From a virus (taxonomy: Duplodnaviria; Caudoviricetes), in IMG/VR virus record IMGVR_UViG_3300032279_000249, positions 1 to 39,385 of that record: a DNA stretch of 39,385 nt. One strand, written 5' to 3'. Under the pieces are notes generated by a model. The model ran no database searches. It saw only the letters and a program-made list of their open reading frames with translations, and was not told where the DNA came from. A program made the position numbers and the translations under genes. This document shows, in pieces, positions 14,734 to 23,412 of the stretch. Every line of letters starts with the position of its first letter. The stretch's first letter is position 1.

Positions 14734-15300
14734 ATGACCAAATATGATCCTAATGAATTTGACGTGGACAATGTGCTGGATGCCCAGGGTGTGTGCACCA
14801 TGTTTGGTGAACTGGATGTCACTTTAAGTGAACGTGTGATCAGATTCATACTCAGCCACAACTATTTCCCTATTAAATCCAGAAAACATATCACACTGAT
14901 CATCAATAGTGAAGGTGGAGATTTGAATAGCGCCTTTGCCATAATTGATGTGATCAAACACAGTGCAGTGCCTGTGCACACTTTGGGACTGGGTCAAATC
15001 AGCAGTAGTGGTTTAATGATATTCATGGCAGGGGCACCAGGACACAGAAGCCTGACTCCCAACACCAGCATCATGAGTCATCAATGGTCAGGAGTTGCAG
15101 AGGGCAAGTTGCATGAACTCATGAGTATTCAAGAAGATTTTAAATTGACCACCCAAAGAGTCATGAGTCATTATCAAAATTGTAGCCAGCTCACAGAAGT
15201 GCAAATACGTGAAACACTTTTACCTGCTCATGATGTGTTTCTGACTGCGGTACAAGCTGTGCAAATGGGTCTAGCAGACAAAATCCATGGGAAAATTTAG
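14734..15300 (+). CDS. clpP: ClpP-family ATP-dependent protease proteolytic subunit
   Basis: ITLIINSEGGD, GQISSSGL (catalytic Ser), IMSHQ (His), HDVFLTA (Asp) and terminal MGLADKI. Confidence 0.92.
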   Translation: MTKYDPNEFDVDNVLDAQGVCTMFGELDVTLSERVIRFILSHNYFPIKSRKHITLIINSEGGDLNSAFAIIDVIKHSAVPVHTLGLGQISSSGLMIFMAGAPGHRSLTPNTSIMSHQWSGVAEGKLHELMSIQEDFKLTTQRVMSHYQNCSQLTEVQIRETLLPAHDVFLTAVQAVQMGLADKIHGKI

Positions 15301-15333
15301 TGATTCCCTCATGCACATAAATAGCGCACCAAC

Positions 15334-15570
15334 ATGAGCAAAGAAGATTATATCCAAATGCAAGGCACAGTGATTGAAGTGTGTCCTAATGCATTATTCA
15401 GAGTTAAACTGGAAAATGACCATGTGATATTGGCGCATCTATCAGGTAAGATGCGCATAAACAATATCAATATTCATGTGCTGGATTCAGTTACTGTGGA
15501 GATTTCATCTTATGACTTAACTCGCGGTCGCATTGTGTTCAGACAAAAACGAATCAAGCCCACACTCTAA
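15334..15570 (+). CDS. infA: Translation initiation factor IF-1
   Basis: MSKED...[27 protein letters not shown]...VTVE...[11 protein letters not shown] is collinear with bacterial IF-1. Confidence 0.95.
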   Translation: MSKEDYIQMQGTVIEVCPNALFRVKLENDHVILAHLSGKMRINNINIHVLDSVTVEISSYDLTRGRIVFRQKRIKPTL

Positions 15571-16628
15571 ATCAAATTTTGCTCCTTGAACCAGTCTTCA
15601 ATCAATGTAACATTGTTTTGCAGTCTGGTGTCAGTGGCGTTGAACTGAATAGCCATACGAGCGTGGGTGAGAGCTTCTTGCCTGAGTCCCAAGTTCCAAG
15701 CTGCAATGGCTGCCAAATCATGTGGAAGCCACGACCATGCCTCCTCTGAGCATGTGTAATCCATGGGATGATGGGTAATAGCCAATGCTTTTTGTGTGTG
15801 CTCCCAGCATGATTGCCATTCTGACTTTTGATAATAATATCTGGCCATTTCCACATGTGGTTCACGATGTGTGGGAATCTCAAGTGCAGCACACTTGAGC
15901 CAATACAACTTGTTTTCAGTATCCACTGAACTTAAATTTATCATGGCATGACCACGTTCCACATTCCAGCAAGGCATGGTGAGGAATTCTTTGTACACCT
16001 TCACACTTTCTTCTGCTTGTCCTCGGTACATGAGCTCTCTGCCCAGATATGCTTTCATGCGAGCATCACCAGGATGTTCTCTCACAGCCTCGTTGAGTAA
16101 GTCCAGATCACTCTTCTTTACTTTCACATCAGGATAGTGCAGGATGCGTAAATCGCCACACATTTCTTGATGCTCGGGCAGCCTGGCACACAAACCTTCA
16201 TGAGTTGCCCCGGCCCATTGATAACCCACTCTGGCATGAATGCGATCACCCCACCAGGTCTTGCCTGGTGAACCATCTGCCATCCAGTTCCAGATGTAAG
16301 TGTATCTGAGACGAGTAGTACCTGGCTTCCATGCAGCTTCCAGTTTTTGTCTCCAACCAGCCTCTAATCTCTCATCCATGTGCAAACAGACACACACATC
16401 TGCATCTGCGGGAATTAGGGCCATTGTGACATTGTATGCTAAATCAAATCGCCAAGGCTTAATTAGTATATCATGCACTTGCACGCCTGCTGCTTGCAGT
16501 ATGGCTTTGGTTGCATCGGTGCTGCCTGTGTCTGCAACCACACGGTAATCTGCTTCTGCACATGAGTCTGCCCAAGCTTGGGCATGTTTTTCCTCGTTGA
16601 GACTGGGGGTATAAATGGCTATTTTCAT
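15567..16628 (-). CDS. GT2-family glycosyltransferase with C-terminal TPR repeats
   Basis: [35 protein letters not shown] (DxD variant) and THE motifs, followed by a helical TPR-like C-terminus. Confidence 0.88.
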   Translation of the reverse strand: MKIAIYTPSLNEEKHAQAWADSCAEADYRVVADTGSTDATKAILQAAGVQVHDILIKPWRFDLAYNVTMALIPADADVCVCLHMDERLEAGWRQKLEAAWKPGTTRLRYTYIWNWMADGSPGKTWWGDRIHARVGYQWAGATHEGLCARLPEHQEMCGDLRILHYPDVKVKKSDLDLLNEAVREHPGDARMKAYLGRELMYRGQAEESVKVYKEFLTMPCWNVERGHAMINLSSVDTENKLYWLKCAALEIPTHREPHVEMARYYYQKSEWQSCWEHTQKALAITHHPMDYTCSEEAWSWLPHDLAAIAAWNLGLRQEALTHARMAIQFNATDTRLQNNVTLIEDWFKEQNLI

Positions 16629-16638
16629 GTGTTGTTCC

Positions 16639-18300
16639 TTATGAGGTTTTACCTAATGAATGTTGGATGGCTGTCAAGTTAGCCACCAGTCTGTGATCCT
16701 GAGGGTCCAGATTAACTGCTGCTTGTGCATGTGATTCACTTTCTGTTTTTAGCCCCATGTTCCAAGCACTTATGGCAGCCAAGTCATGCAATTGCGGCCC
16801 CCATACATCTGTCATGTCCAGATATGAATTTGTACCGTGTGTTATGTTTAATGCTTCTGTACATGCTGAATAACAGCTGACCCAATTGGCGTGTGAATAC
16901 AAATATAGAGCCAAATCTCTCCAGCCTTCTCTGCGTTCAGGTGCTGTGGCCACACACCTTCTCAACCATTGCAATTGCTCATGTGGTAGTAGTTTGGCCA
17001 ACCATCGCTCTGCCTCACTCTTTTCCAAGTGCCACACATGTGGCATTTGCAACAGCTTGTGGAAATATTGCACAGCTGGTTCATGCTGATTCTCATGTGC
17101 ATATTCTCTGGCTAACCAAAACAGTGTTTGAGCACACTCAGGGTTTTCTGTGTGACTTTGCAATAGCAAGGGTAGGTATTGGCTTCTAGCCTTTTTAGGA
17201 TCAGGAGTATGATTCATGACCATGTCTGGTACTTTTGTTATGCACTCAGATCCAAGGGAATACACAGTTTCATGAACAGGACGACGCCAGGTGTAGTTGT
17301 GTCGGGCATGAATCTTGTTGGCCATGTATTTGAGATGGGGCTCTGATTCAGCATTATGGTAGGTATGGTAGCCATAGTTAATGCGATTGGTGTCACCTTG
17401 CCAAGCTTGTTCCAGATGGTTTCTCCAGCCAGGCTGCATGTGTTCATCCATGTCCATGCTGATGCAGATGTCCACATCTCTAGGAATTAAGCTGAGTGCA
17501 ATGTTCCTTGCCAAATCAAATCTCCATGGATTAACCACAATTGATTCGCACTTTACTCCCCTAGAACGCAACTTGCTCACAGTTGCATCAGAGCTGCCTG
17601 TGTCAGCCACTACCCAATAATCTGCCTCTTGAACACTATCAAACCATGTGTCCACATATTTTTCTTCATTTAACGCTATAGTGTAAACTGCAATTTTCAA
17701 TTTAGATTCTCCTTTAAAACTTTCAAATCCTGATTCATATTGATTTGTATAGTAAACATTTGCAAGTGGATGCCTTCCGTGAAATCCTAAACTTTTACCC
17801 AACCAGGGTAATGGTGGAGTAGGACCATTTGTAAAGTTGTCAGGTAACTCTATACCAAACTGATATGCAACATGTAAGGGCGCGAATTTAATTTCATAGA
17901 TGTCTTCTAGAGAGTTTCTAAGATCCCAACAAATTAAAATATCTTCTGATCTATCAGAGGCAACTATTCTCAGATGATGTAATGCATCAAGTAATCTTTT
18001 ACTTCTTAAGCTAAATCCACCATTGCCCACAGCAAATTTGGAATCAGGCACCAGATTAACATTAAACGGGGATCCTATATAGTCATATTGTAAAAAGTCA
18101 TCGCTCCATGCACTTGAGTTTACTGCATAGCCATCAGCTTGAATTAGTAGGAAGTGATCTTCCTGTATGACTGTCACCAACAGTTCCAGTGTGATTTTAT
18201 TATAATCATGGGGATAATTTACAATTGGAGCTATTTGATGCCAGATCACAGGTACACATACTTGGCTGGGAAAGGGACAGATCACGTAACCAGTGCACAC
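16639..18300 (-). CDS. DUF5672-like domain + GT2 glycosyltransferase + TPR; probably the 3' part of a frameshifted gene starting at 19063
   Basis: N-part has IQADGY...YDYIG...VGNGGFSLRS...ED...GFHG. C-part has LKIAVYTIALNEEK, VADTGSSD, MDMDE and TPRs. The N-terminus lacks the start of the domain, which is found in the upstream ORF. Confidence 0.8.
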   Translation of the reverse strand: MCTGYVICPFPSQVCVPVIWHQIAPIVNYPHDYNKITLELLVTVIQEDHFLLIQADGYAVNSSAWSDDFLQYDYIGSPFNVNLVPDSKFAVGNGGFSLRSKRLLDALHHLRIVASDRSEDILICWDLRNSLEDIYEIKFAPLHVAYQFGIELPDNFTNGPTPPLPWLGKSLGFHGRHPLANVYYTNQYESGFESFKGESKLKIAVYTIALNEEKYVDTWFDSVQEADYWVVADTGSSDATVSKLRSRGVKCESIVVNPWRFDLARNIALSLIPRDVDICISMDMDEHMQPGWRNHLEQAWQGDTNRINYGYHTYHNAESEPHLKYMANKIHARHNYTWRRPVHETVYSLGSECITKVPDMVMNHTPDPKKARSQYLPLLLQSHTENPECAQTLFWLAREYAHENQHEPAVQYFHKLLQMPHVWHLEKSEAERWLAKLLPHEQLQWLRRCVATAPERREGWRDLALYLYSHANWVSCYSACTEALNITHGTNSYLDMTDVWGPQLHDLAAISAWNMGLKTESESHAQAAVNLDPQDHRLVANLTAIQHSLGKTS

Positions 18301-19063
18301 AGCTCACTTGTTTGCAAGATGTCAAGCAGCTGATGCTTCTAACCACAGCAAGGGCCGCATCTGCATGGTCTCTTGTATCAATACACACAACAGAAAGTGT
18401 TTTATGTGATGATGCTGGATGATCAGGCATGGGTTTCATAGCATACAAATGCTGTATGTGTTTACCGTGAAAGCCAAAACTCTTGCCTGTCCACTTACTG
18501 TTCATATTGTACTCTATACTAAATTGATCAGCCAAATCATGGGGAGCAAATTTTATAGCGTATTGGTATTCTAGTAGATCTCTATTACCCCAACAAATTG
18601 TAGTATCTTCATGTTGTAGACCAGGATCTGCCTGTATTACTCGCAGTGCTGACAGTAACTTTTGACTTCTAAGACTGAAACCTCCATTACCCACCCCGTA
18701 TTGCCTAGGTACCCATTGTTCACTCATAACAGCACCTATATAATCATAATCCAGGAACCTAGCATCCCATGCGTCTATGTTAACAGGATAACCATCTGTT
18801 TGTATTATCAACAGATGAGACTCTTTAACTGTCTCAGGTATTAGATGCAAACATATTTTATTGTAATCGTAGGGAAAGTTTGTAATGGGCAGTATTTGCA
18901 CAAACTGTACAGGTATAGGATAATTAATTGGTGGAGGTTGGTCACTAACCCAGTATGCTTTTGTGGCAGCATGACATTGTGACATCACTTGTATAGTGTG
19001 CTGCATGACTTCAGCAGCTTGTGCATGGTTTATGGTATCAATTATACAAACAGCTAATGTCAT
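18206..19063 (-). CDS. DUF5672-like (glycosyltransferase-associated) protein; C-terminus begins a second copy of the domain before a frameshift
   Basis: IQTDGY, YDYIGA, VGNGGFSLRS, HED and FGFHG motifs. Start ATG at 19063 overlaps the upstream stop (ATGA). Confidence 0.8.
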   Translation of the reverse strand: MTLAVCIIDTINHAQAAEVMQHTIQVMSQCHAATKAYWVSDQPPPINYPIPVQFVQILPITNFPYDYNKICLHLIPETVKESHLLIIQTDGYPVNIDAWDARFLDYDYIGAVMSEQWVPRQYGVGNGGFSLRSQKLLSALRVIQADPGLQHEDTTICWGNRDLLEYQYAIKFAPHDLADQFSIEYNMNSKWTGKSFGFHGKHIQHLYAMKPMPDHPASSHKTLSVVCIDTRDHADAALAVVRSISCLTSCKQVSCVHWLRDLSLSQPSMCTCDLASNSSNCKLSP

Positions 19064-19515
19064 ATGAGATGAATTCCCCAATCAGTGCAAATTCCCACAC
19101 ATGGAAAGGTGTGCCATGTACACCAATCTGGCACATGTGTTTCAGGCATGACTGCCACACTCTGGTAGGTGAGATCATGCCCAGGTTGCGTCCACCAATA
19201 TCCTTGGCTGGTTAACACACGGGCATCTGATTCATGCCAAAAAAAGTTCAAGTGTGGATGGATTTTCCAAATGCACTGGATTTCTGATGCACATGTGACA
19301 TCTTTCACATGTAGCCATAAACCTGGTTGACACAAATATTCAGCAGTCACTTTGTATTGATTTTGATCATGTCCCAGATACCATTCACCCTGATCAAATC
19401 TCACATCAGCTTCCACATGCCAACTTGCATCCAGTAAGGATTGAATCAGATCAGGATCATTCTCTTGTGCAGGATCAGGACCATGTGTGAGCCCTCTGTG
19501 TGCTATAATAAACAT
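19060..19515 (-). CDS. Glycerophosphodiester phosphodiesterase-like (PLC-like) protein
   Basis: IIAHRG, EN, VEADV, YLGHD, WLHVK and GICTD motifs. Probable start MFIIAHRG at 19515. Confidence 0.75.
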   Translation of the reverse strand: MFIIAHRGLTHGPDPAQENDPDLIQSLLDASWHVEADVRFDQGEWYLGHDQNQYKVTAEYLCQPGLWLHVKDVTCASEIQCIWKIHPHLNFFWHESDARVLTSQGYWWTQPGHDLTYQSVAVMPETHVPDWCTWHTFPCVGICTDWGIHLI

Positions 19516-19560
19516 AATGCACAATTGTATTTGACTTTGATTCCACTTGCAATATTTTAT

Positions 19561-20241
19561 TCAGGGCATAATGCCCCAAGTACGCACTATTCCATTGTGC
19601 CATTTGTGATGTTTAATACAAACATGATGTTCATGCAAATGAGCTCTCAAAAATAATTCACCACAAAAATCCACACCATGATTTGCATACAAATGGGGTA
19701 TGTTGTCCGCCACTGTGGAATACACATCCATGAGGGCACTTGTACCATATGCAAACTGGTCATTTATACCCACTAGGGAGATTTCATCGTATGTGAATGT
19801 GTGACCATCCAGTGCAGGTGTGTGAGCCACATTCACACAAGGATTGATCTCCAATACCACCTGTGCTAAAAACCAATCAAATCTTGCTCTGATCACTACA
19901 TCATACATAAACCCTTGTGCTTGCTCTTGTGTCTGCCTGAGCAGTTGTGCACGTTTTATGCCCTCAAACTGACTAAGTTGTGCTTGGGGAGTGATCCGAT
20001 GAGGCCAAATTCTGTCTGTGTACATGCTCACATCAAACACAGGCATGTGCTGCATTTGAAATCTCACAGGCTGGTACATGTGTGATACTATTTGTTGAGT
20101 AACCACGTCTTGCGCAGCACCTTGGCACCAAGTGTGCACAAACACATCACAGTCATAAGGTTCCAACAAACTTTTTTGCCAATAGGGTGCACATTGTTGA
20201 ATAAAACGGGGAAGCCCGCTAAAGCATACAGCAACTTTCAT
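19561..20241 (-). CDS. Putative glycosyltransferase-like protein (KVAVCFSG.PR type)
   Basis: MKVAVCFSGLPRF, DVFVHTW, YDVVIRARFD and NDQFAYG motifs, typical of phage sugar-modification clusters. Confidence 0.65.
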   Translation of the reverse strand: MKVAVCFSGLPRFIQQCAPYWQKSLLEPYDCDVFVHTWCQGAAQDVVTQQIVSHMYQPVRFQMQHMPVFDVSMYTDRIWPHRITPQAQLSQFEGIKRAQLLRQTQEQAQGFMYDVVIRARFDWFLAQVVLEINPCVNVAHTPALDGHTFTYDEISLVGINDQFAYGTSALMDVYSTVADNIPHLYANHGVDFCGELFLRAHLHEHHVCIKHHKWHNGIVRTWGIMP

Positions 20242-20567
20242 GAATGAGGAGTGGGTATACTCTGTTTGTCATTTTGACTGGGAAACTTCACACACACAAT
20301 ACCACAGGGTTCCAGAAATTCAGGATCAGTGACCTCATATGGCTCCAATACAAATATGTCCCCTGATTGCAACTGTTTACCTTGAATGATCATGCTGCCA
20401 CTCACTAACAAATTGATCTCTTTAACATGTGTGTGATAATGCCAATCTCGGATACCTGGTTCATGCACCCTGTAGCCTACTTCCACATGAGGAGTGCCAT
20501 GCATGGTGGGTTCAAATGCACCCACAAACCAACCTCTCACCATGTGCTCTATTCTGTCCAGCTTCAT
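20238..20567 (-). CDS. Cupin-fold protein (RmlC-like)
   Basis: RGWFVGAFEP, HYHTHVKEINLLVSG and GDIFVLEPYE cupin metal motif. ATGA coupling at both ends. Confidence 0.75.
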   Translation of the reverse strand: MKLDRIEHMVRGWFVGAFEPTMHGTPHVEVGYRVHEPGIRDWHYHTHVKEINLLVSGSMIIQGKQLQSGDIFVLEPYEVTDPEFLEPCGIVCVKFPSQNDKQSIPTPHS

Positions 20568-21664
20568 AGACCCACATCCTGCCATGTCTGGTTAGACCAT
20601 CCTTGATTTGTGATCACATTAATTGCTTGTGCACGATTGGGATCAGATTCCAATTGTTTGTCATTTATGAGCACTCTGGTACCACTTGTGAGGCCCATGA
20701 TGAGTTGATCCCACACAATGCCCATGTGTCTCAATTGTTGTTCAGTGTGAGCACGCACACTCTCTTTTCTGGCTGTGGTAAGCACAATATGGTGCCCAGC
20801 ACTATCCCATTCATCAAACTTTTCTCTCACACCAGGCAGAATCTGCCCAGCATCTTGCATGACTGTGCTAATCTGGTGCAAATGCTTGAGTATGGTACCG
20901 TCAATATCACAGAATATGGTCTTGGGTTTTTGAGAGTAAAATTCCTTTTGTGTGCCCACATACACTGCTACATCTTCAGGTGTACCCAACGGCACATACA
21001 CATGAGGAGCCACATGATATGGCAAAATTCTAGCACCTTCTGCAATCAAGAAGTTATAAGTTTCGCTAACATAACACTCAGGTCTACCTGATGCTCTGAA
21101 TTCCTGTTTGAGTGCATGGGCACTTTTCACAAATTGTGATCCATGTTGCCAATAATGAAATCCCACCAGTGCATGATCGCTCACTGGCTGTTTTTCCACA
21201 ATGGCAGTCACCATGTGGTTATCCAACTGTGCAAAGCTGTTTTTGGGATCTTTACTTTTGTAAAGTACCACTGCACCATCACATGGGTTGGTTGTGACAA
21301 ATTGTATGAACTCTTGTGGATTCCATTGCATGATTTGATCACAGTTGTACACAATGAGCGGCTCCTGATTGTTGATCAGATGTTCTGCTGCTAACACACT
21401 GTCACTAGCGCCTTGACTCAGTTGTGAAAGTTGAATTTCCACATGTTCTGGTCTCAGTTTATGAAGCAGTTCACTCAGTTGTGTGTTGTGAGCAGGATCT
21501 GGAAATTTTCGGGTCACAAATATGAATTGAGCATGCACATCAAATGATCGGATAGCATGCTCAATTAGAGTGACTCCTTGTACTTTAATCAAGGGTTTGG
21601 GTGTGGTTTCACCCTGTTTTGCAAATCGGCTGCCTGCTCCAGCCATGGGTATAACAACTTTCAT
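20564..21664 (-). CDS. Sugar-phosphate nucleotidyltransferase fused to a C-terminal HAD-like domain
   Basis: N-part has VIPMAGAGSRF...PKPLI, YNCDQ and LGTPED. C-part has TIFCDIDGTI, LTTAR and INDK. Confidence 0.85.
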   Translation of the reverse strand: MKVVIPMAGAGSRFAKQGETTPKPLIKVQGVTLIEHAIRSFDVHAQFIFVTRKFPDPAHNTQLSELLHKLRPEHVEIQLSQLSQGASDSVLAAEHLINNQEPLIVYNCDQIMQWNPQEFIQFVTTNPCDGAVVLYKSKDPKNSFAQLDNHMVTAIVEKQPVSDHALVGFHYWQHGSQFVKSAHALKQEFRASGRPECYVSETYNFLIAEGARILPYHVAPHVYVPLGTPEDVAVYVGTQKEFYSQKPKTIFCDIDGTILKHLHQISTVMQDAGQILPGVREKFDEWDSAGHHIVLTTARKESVRAHTEQQLRHMGIVWDQLIMGLTSGTRVLINDKQLESDPNRAQAINVITNQGWSNQTWQDVGL

Positions 21665-21733
21665 AATAGAACCTCACCAGATATAATCGGCTCAGTCTAG
21701 TATGATTTAACCTACAGAATCAATAAACTGGAT

Positions 21734-22441
21734 TCAATTACGGTGCAGTATGTTACCCATAGCAGACGCACTTTCACGCAGTCTTGTTTCTGTGCTCTCA
21801 GTCATGTCACTGCTAAAATTGTTCAAATAATCCAGACCCACAAATCCCAACAAATCATTCTTGCCGGTGTATATAGCACATCGGATCATGTGTCTGCTGC
21901 CTCTGGCCTGGAAATACCAATAATCATGACTGGTGGGATCCTTGTCCACATCCAGGATTGTGATACATGAACCTTTCGCAAACTCTTGATTCATGTGCAC
22001 GTTAATGGAACTGGGAATACGCTGCATGAGACTGCTCACTCTGGTCACACCTGGTCTGATAACTTCATGAGTGTTGCTGTGAAATATAAAAGGTATACCA
22101 TTCACACTGGGCACGCCATTGTGATATCTGAACACATAAGCCCTGTCAGCCTGTGTTTGGGAGAGGATCAATTGTAATTGGTCATTTATTTGTGTGTCAA
22201 TAGCCAAGCTTATGTTGAGCTCATTACGGAAATGTTCAATGCTTCTGCTACGTTGCCATAGATCCATGATGGGAGTGAAATGAAAGGTGATTATATAGGT
22301 GACACTCAGCACACACATCAAAATAATAACAAACAACAAATGGAAAACCATTTGAAGTGGTTTCACAGTTTTAAAATATTTCAACAACAATTCTAACATA
22401 GAGCCTGCCACGTGATGTGCTTCCAAGTATGGGTTACCCAT
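21734..22441 (-). CDS. Membrane-anchored GAF-like protein, possible T4 gpT-like holin
   Basis: One hydrophobic segment (MVFHLLFVIILMCVLSVTYIITF), then LSQTQADRAYVFRYHNG...CAIYTGKNDLLGFVGLDY, a GAF-like pattern. Confidence 0.5.
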   Translation of the reverse strand: MGNPYLEAHHVAGSMLELLLKYFKTVKPLQMVFHLLFVIILMCVLSVTYIITFHFTPIMDLWQRSRSIEHFRNELNISLAIDTQINDQLQLILSQTQADRAYVFRYHNGVPSVNGIPFIFHSNTHEVIRPGVTRVSSLMQRIPSSINVHMNQEFAKGSCITILDVDKDPTSHDYWYFQARGSRHMIRCAIYTGKNDLLGFVGLDYLNNFSSDMTESTETRLRESASAMGNILHRN

Positions 22442-22507
22442 ATTTAAAATATAGCAGCAAGTAGTAATCTGGTTGATTATCTTATAACAATGTTATACAC
22501 TGAAACC

Positions 22508-23347
22508 ATGACAGATCTGTATAAAATATTGGGTATACCCACAACAGCCAGTGCTGAAGAAGTAAAACAGGCATATCGTAAGTTGGCACGCACACACCAT
22601 CCTGATATGAATCCTGATCCAAAAAGCCAAGAACGTTTCAAAGAAGTCAATTCAGCTTATGAAACCCTGAGTGACCCGCAAAAACGATCAGAGTATGATC
22701 AAAGGAAGTCATGGTCAGGTGGTAATCACAGTACTCAATTCCATCAATCACATCATTCAGGTAATTTTAACCACATATTTGAACACATGTTTAATAACAT
22801 GGGGTTTGGTGGATTTGAGCAGAGAGCCACCCGAAATGCTGACAGTGTGTTTCAGTTGAACATCAGTCTGGAAGATGCATATAAGGGTAAGCAGGTGCAA
22901 GTCAATTTTTCAGATAGTGCACAGACACCCATCAACATACAAGTCACAATTCCAGCTGGTGTGGAAGATGGCATGCGTATCAAGTATGCAGGAAATGGTA
23001 ACAGAACACATCCCAACCTGCCACCAGGTGATTTGATCATTTTGATTCATGTGGAGCCTCATGCTACATGGCAGCGACAGGGTGCCCATTTACATCAGGA
23101 GATCCAAGTGCCACTATGGAAGGCCCTAACAGGAGACACTCTTTCTGTAGTGTGTATTGATGGTGGTTCAGTGCAGGTACACATGCCTGAGTTGAGTGTT
23201 AATCAAACCATATTGAGAGTGGTGCAGAAGGGCATGAAGATTCGTAACAGTCATCAACGGGGTGATTTATATTTGCATGTTAAAGTGGCCATGCCCACCA
23301 GTCTCACAGCAGAACAGCGTGCACAAATTAACGCATGGTGTGTTTGA
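22508..23347 (+). CDS. dnaJ: DnaJ class B / CbpA-like co-chaperone
   Basis: J-domain DLYKILG...AYRKLA..HHPD...FKEVNSAYETLSD, a short G/F region, no CxxCxGxG zinc finger, and a C-terminal domain IPAGV..G...PGDL...RGDLY. Probable start ATG 22508. Confidence 0.92.
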   Translation: MTDLYKILGIPTTASAEEVKQAYRKLARTHHPDMNPDPKSQERFKEVNSAYETLSDPQKRSEYDQRKSWSGGNHSTQFHQSHHSGNFNHIFEHMFNNMGFGGFEQRATRNADSVFQLNISLEDAYKGKQVQVNFSDSAQTPINIQVTIPAGVEDGMRIKYAGNGNRTHPNLPPGDLIILIHVEPHATWQRQGAHLHQEIQVPLWKALTGDTLSVVCIDGGSVQVHMPELSVNQTILRVVQKGMKIRNSHQRGDLYLHVKVAMPTSLTAEQRAQINAWCV

Positions 23348-23358
23348 TCATGATGTCA

Positions 23359-23387
23359 TTGACAAAGATAGATATTTGCACAATAAT
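23359..23387 (+). promoter_or_regulatory. Sigma70-like promoter of clpA
   Basis: TTGACA (23359-23364), 17-nt spacer, AATAAT (23382-23387), then AAGGA SD before ATG 23413. Confidence 0.55.
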
Positions 23388-23412
23388 TATACAAATATAA
23401 GGATATTACTAA

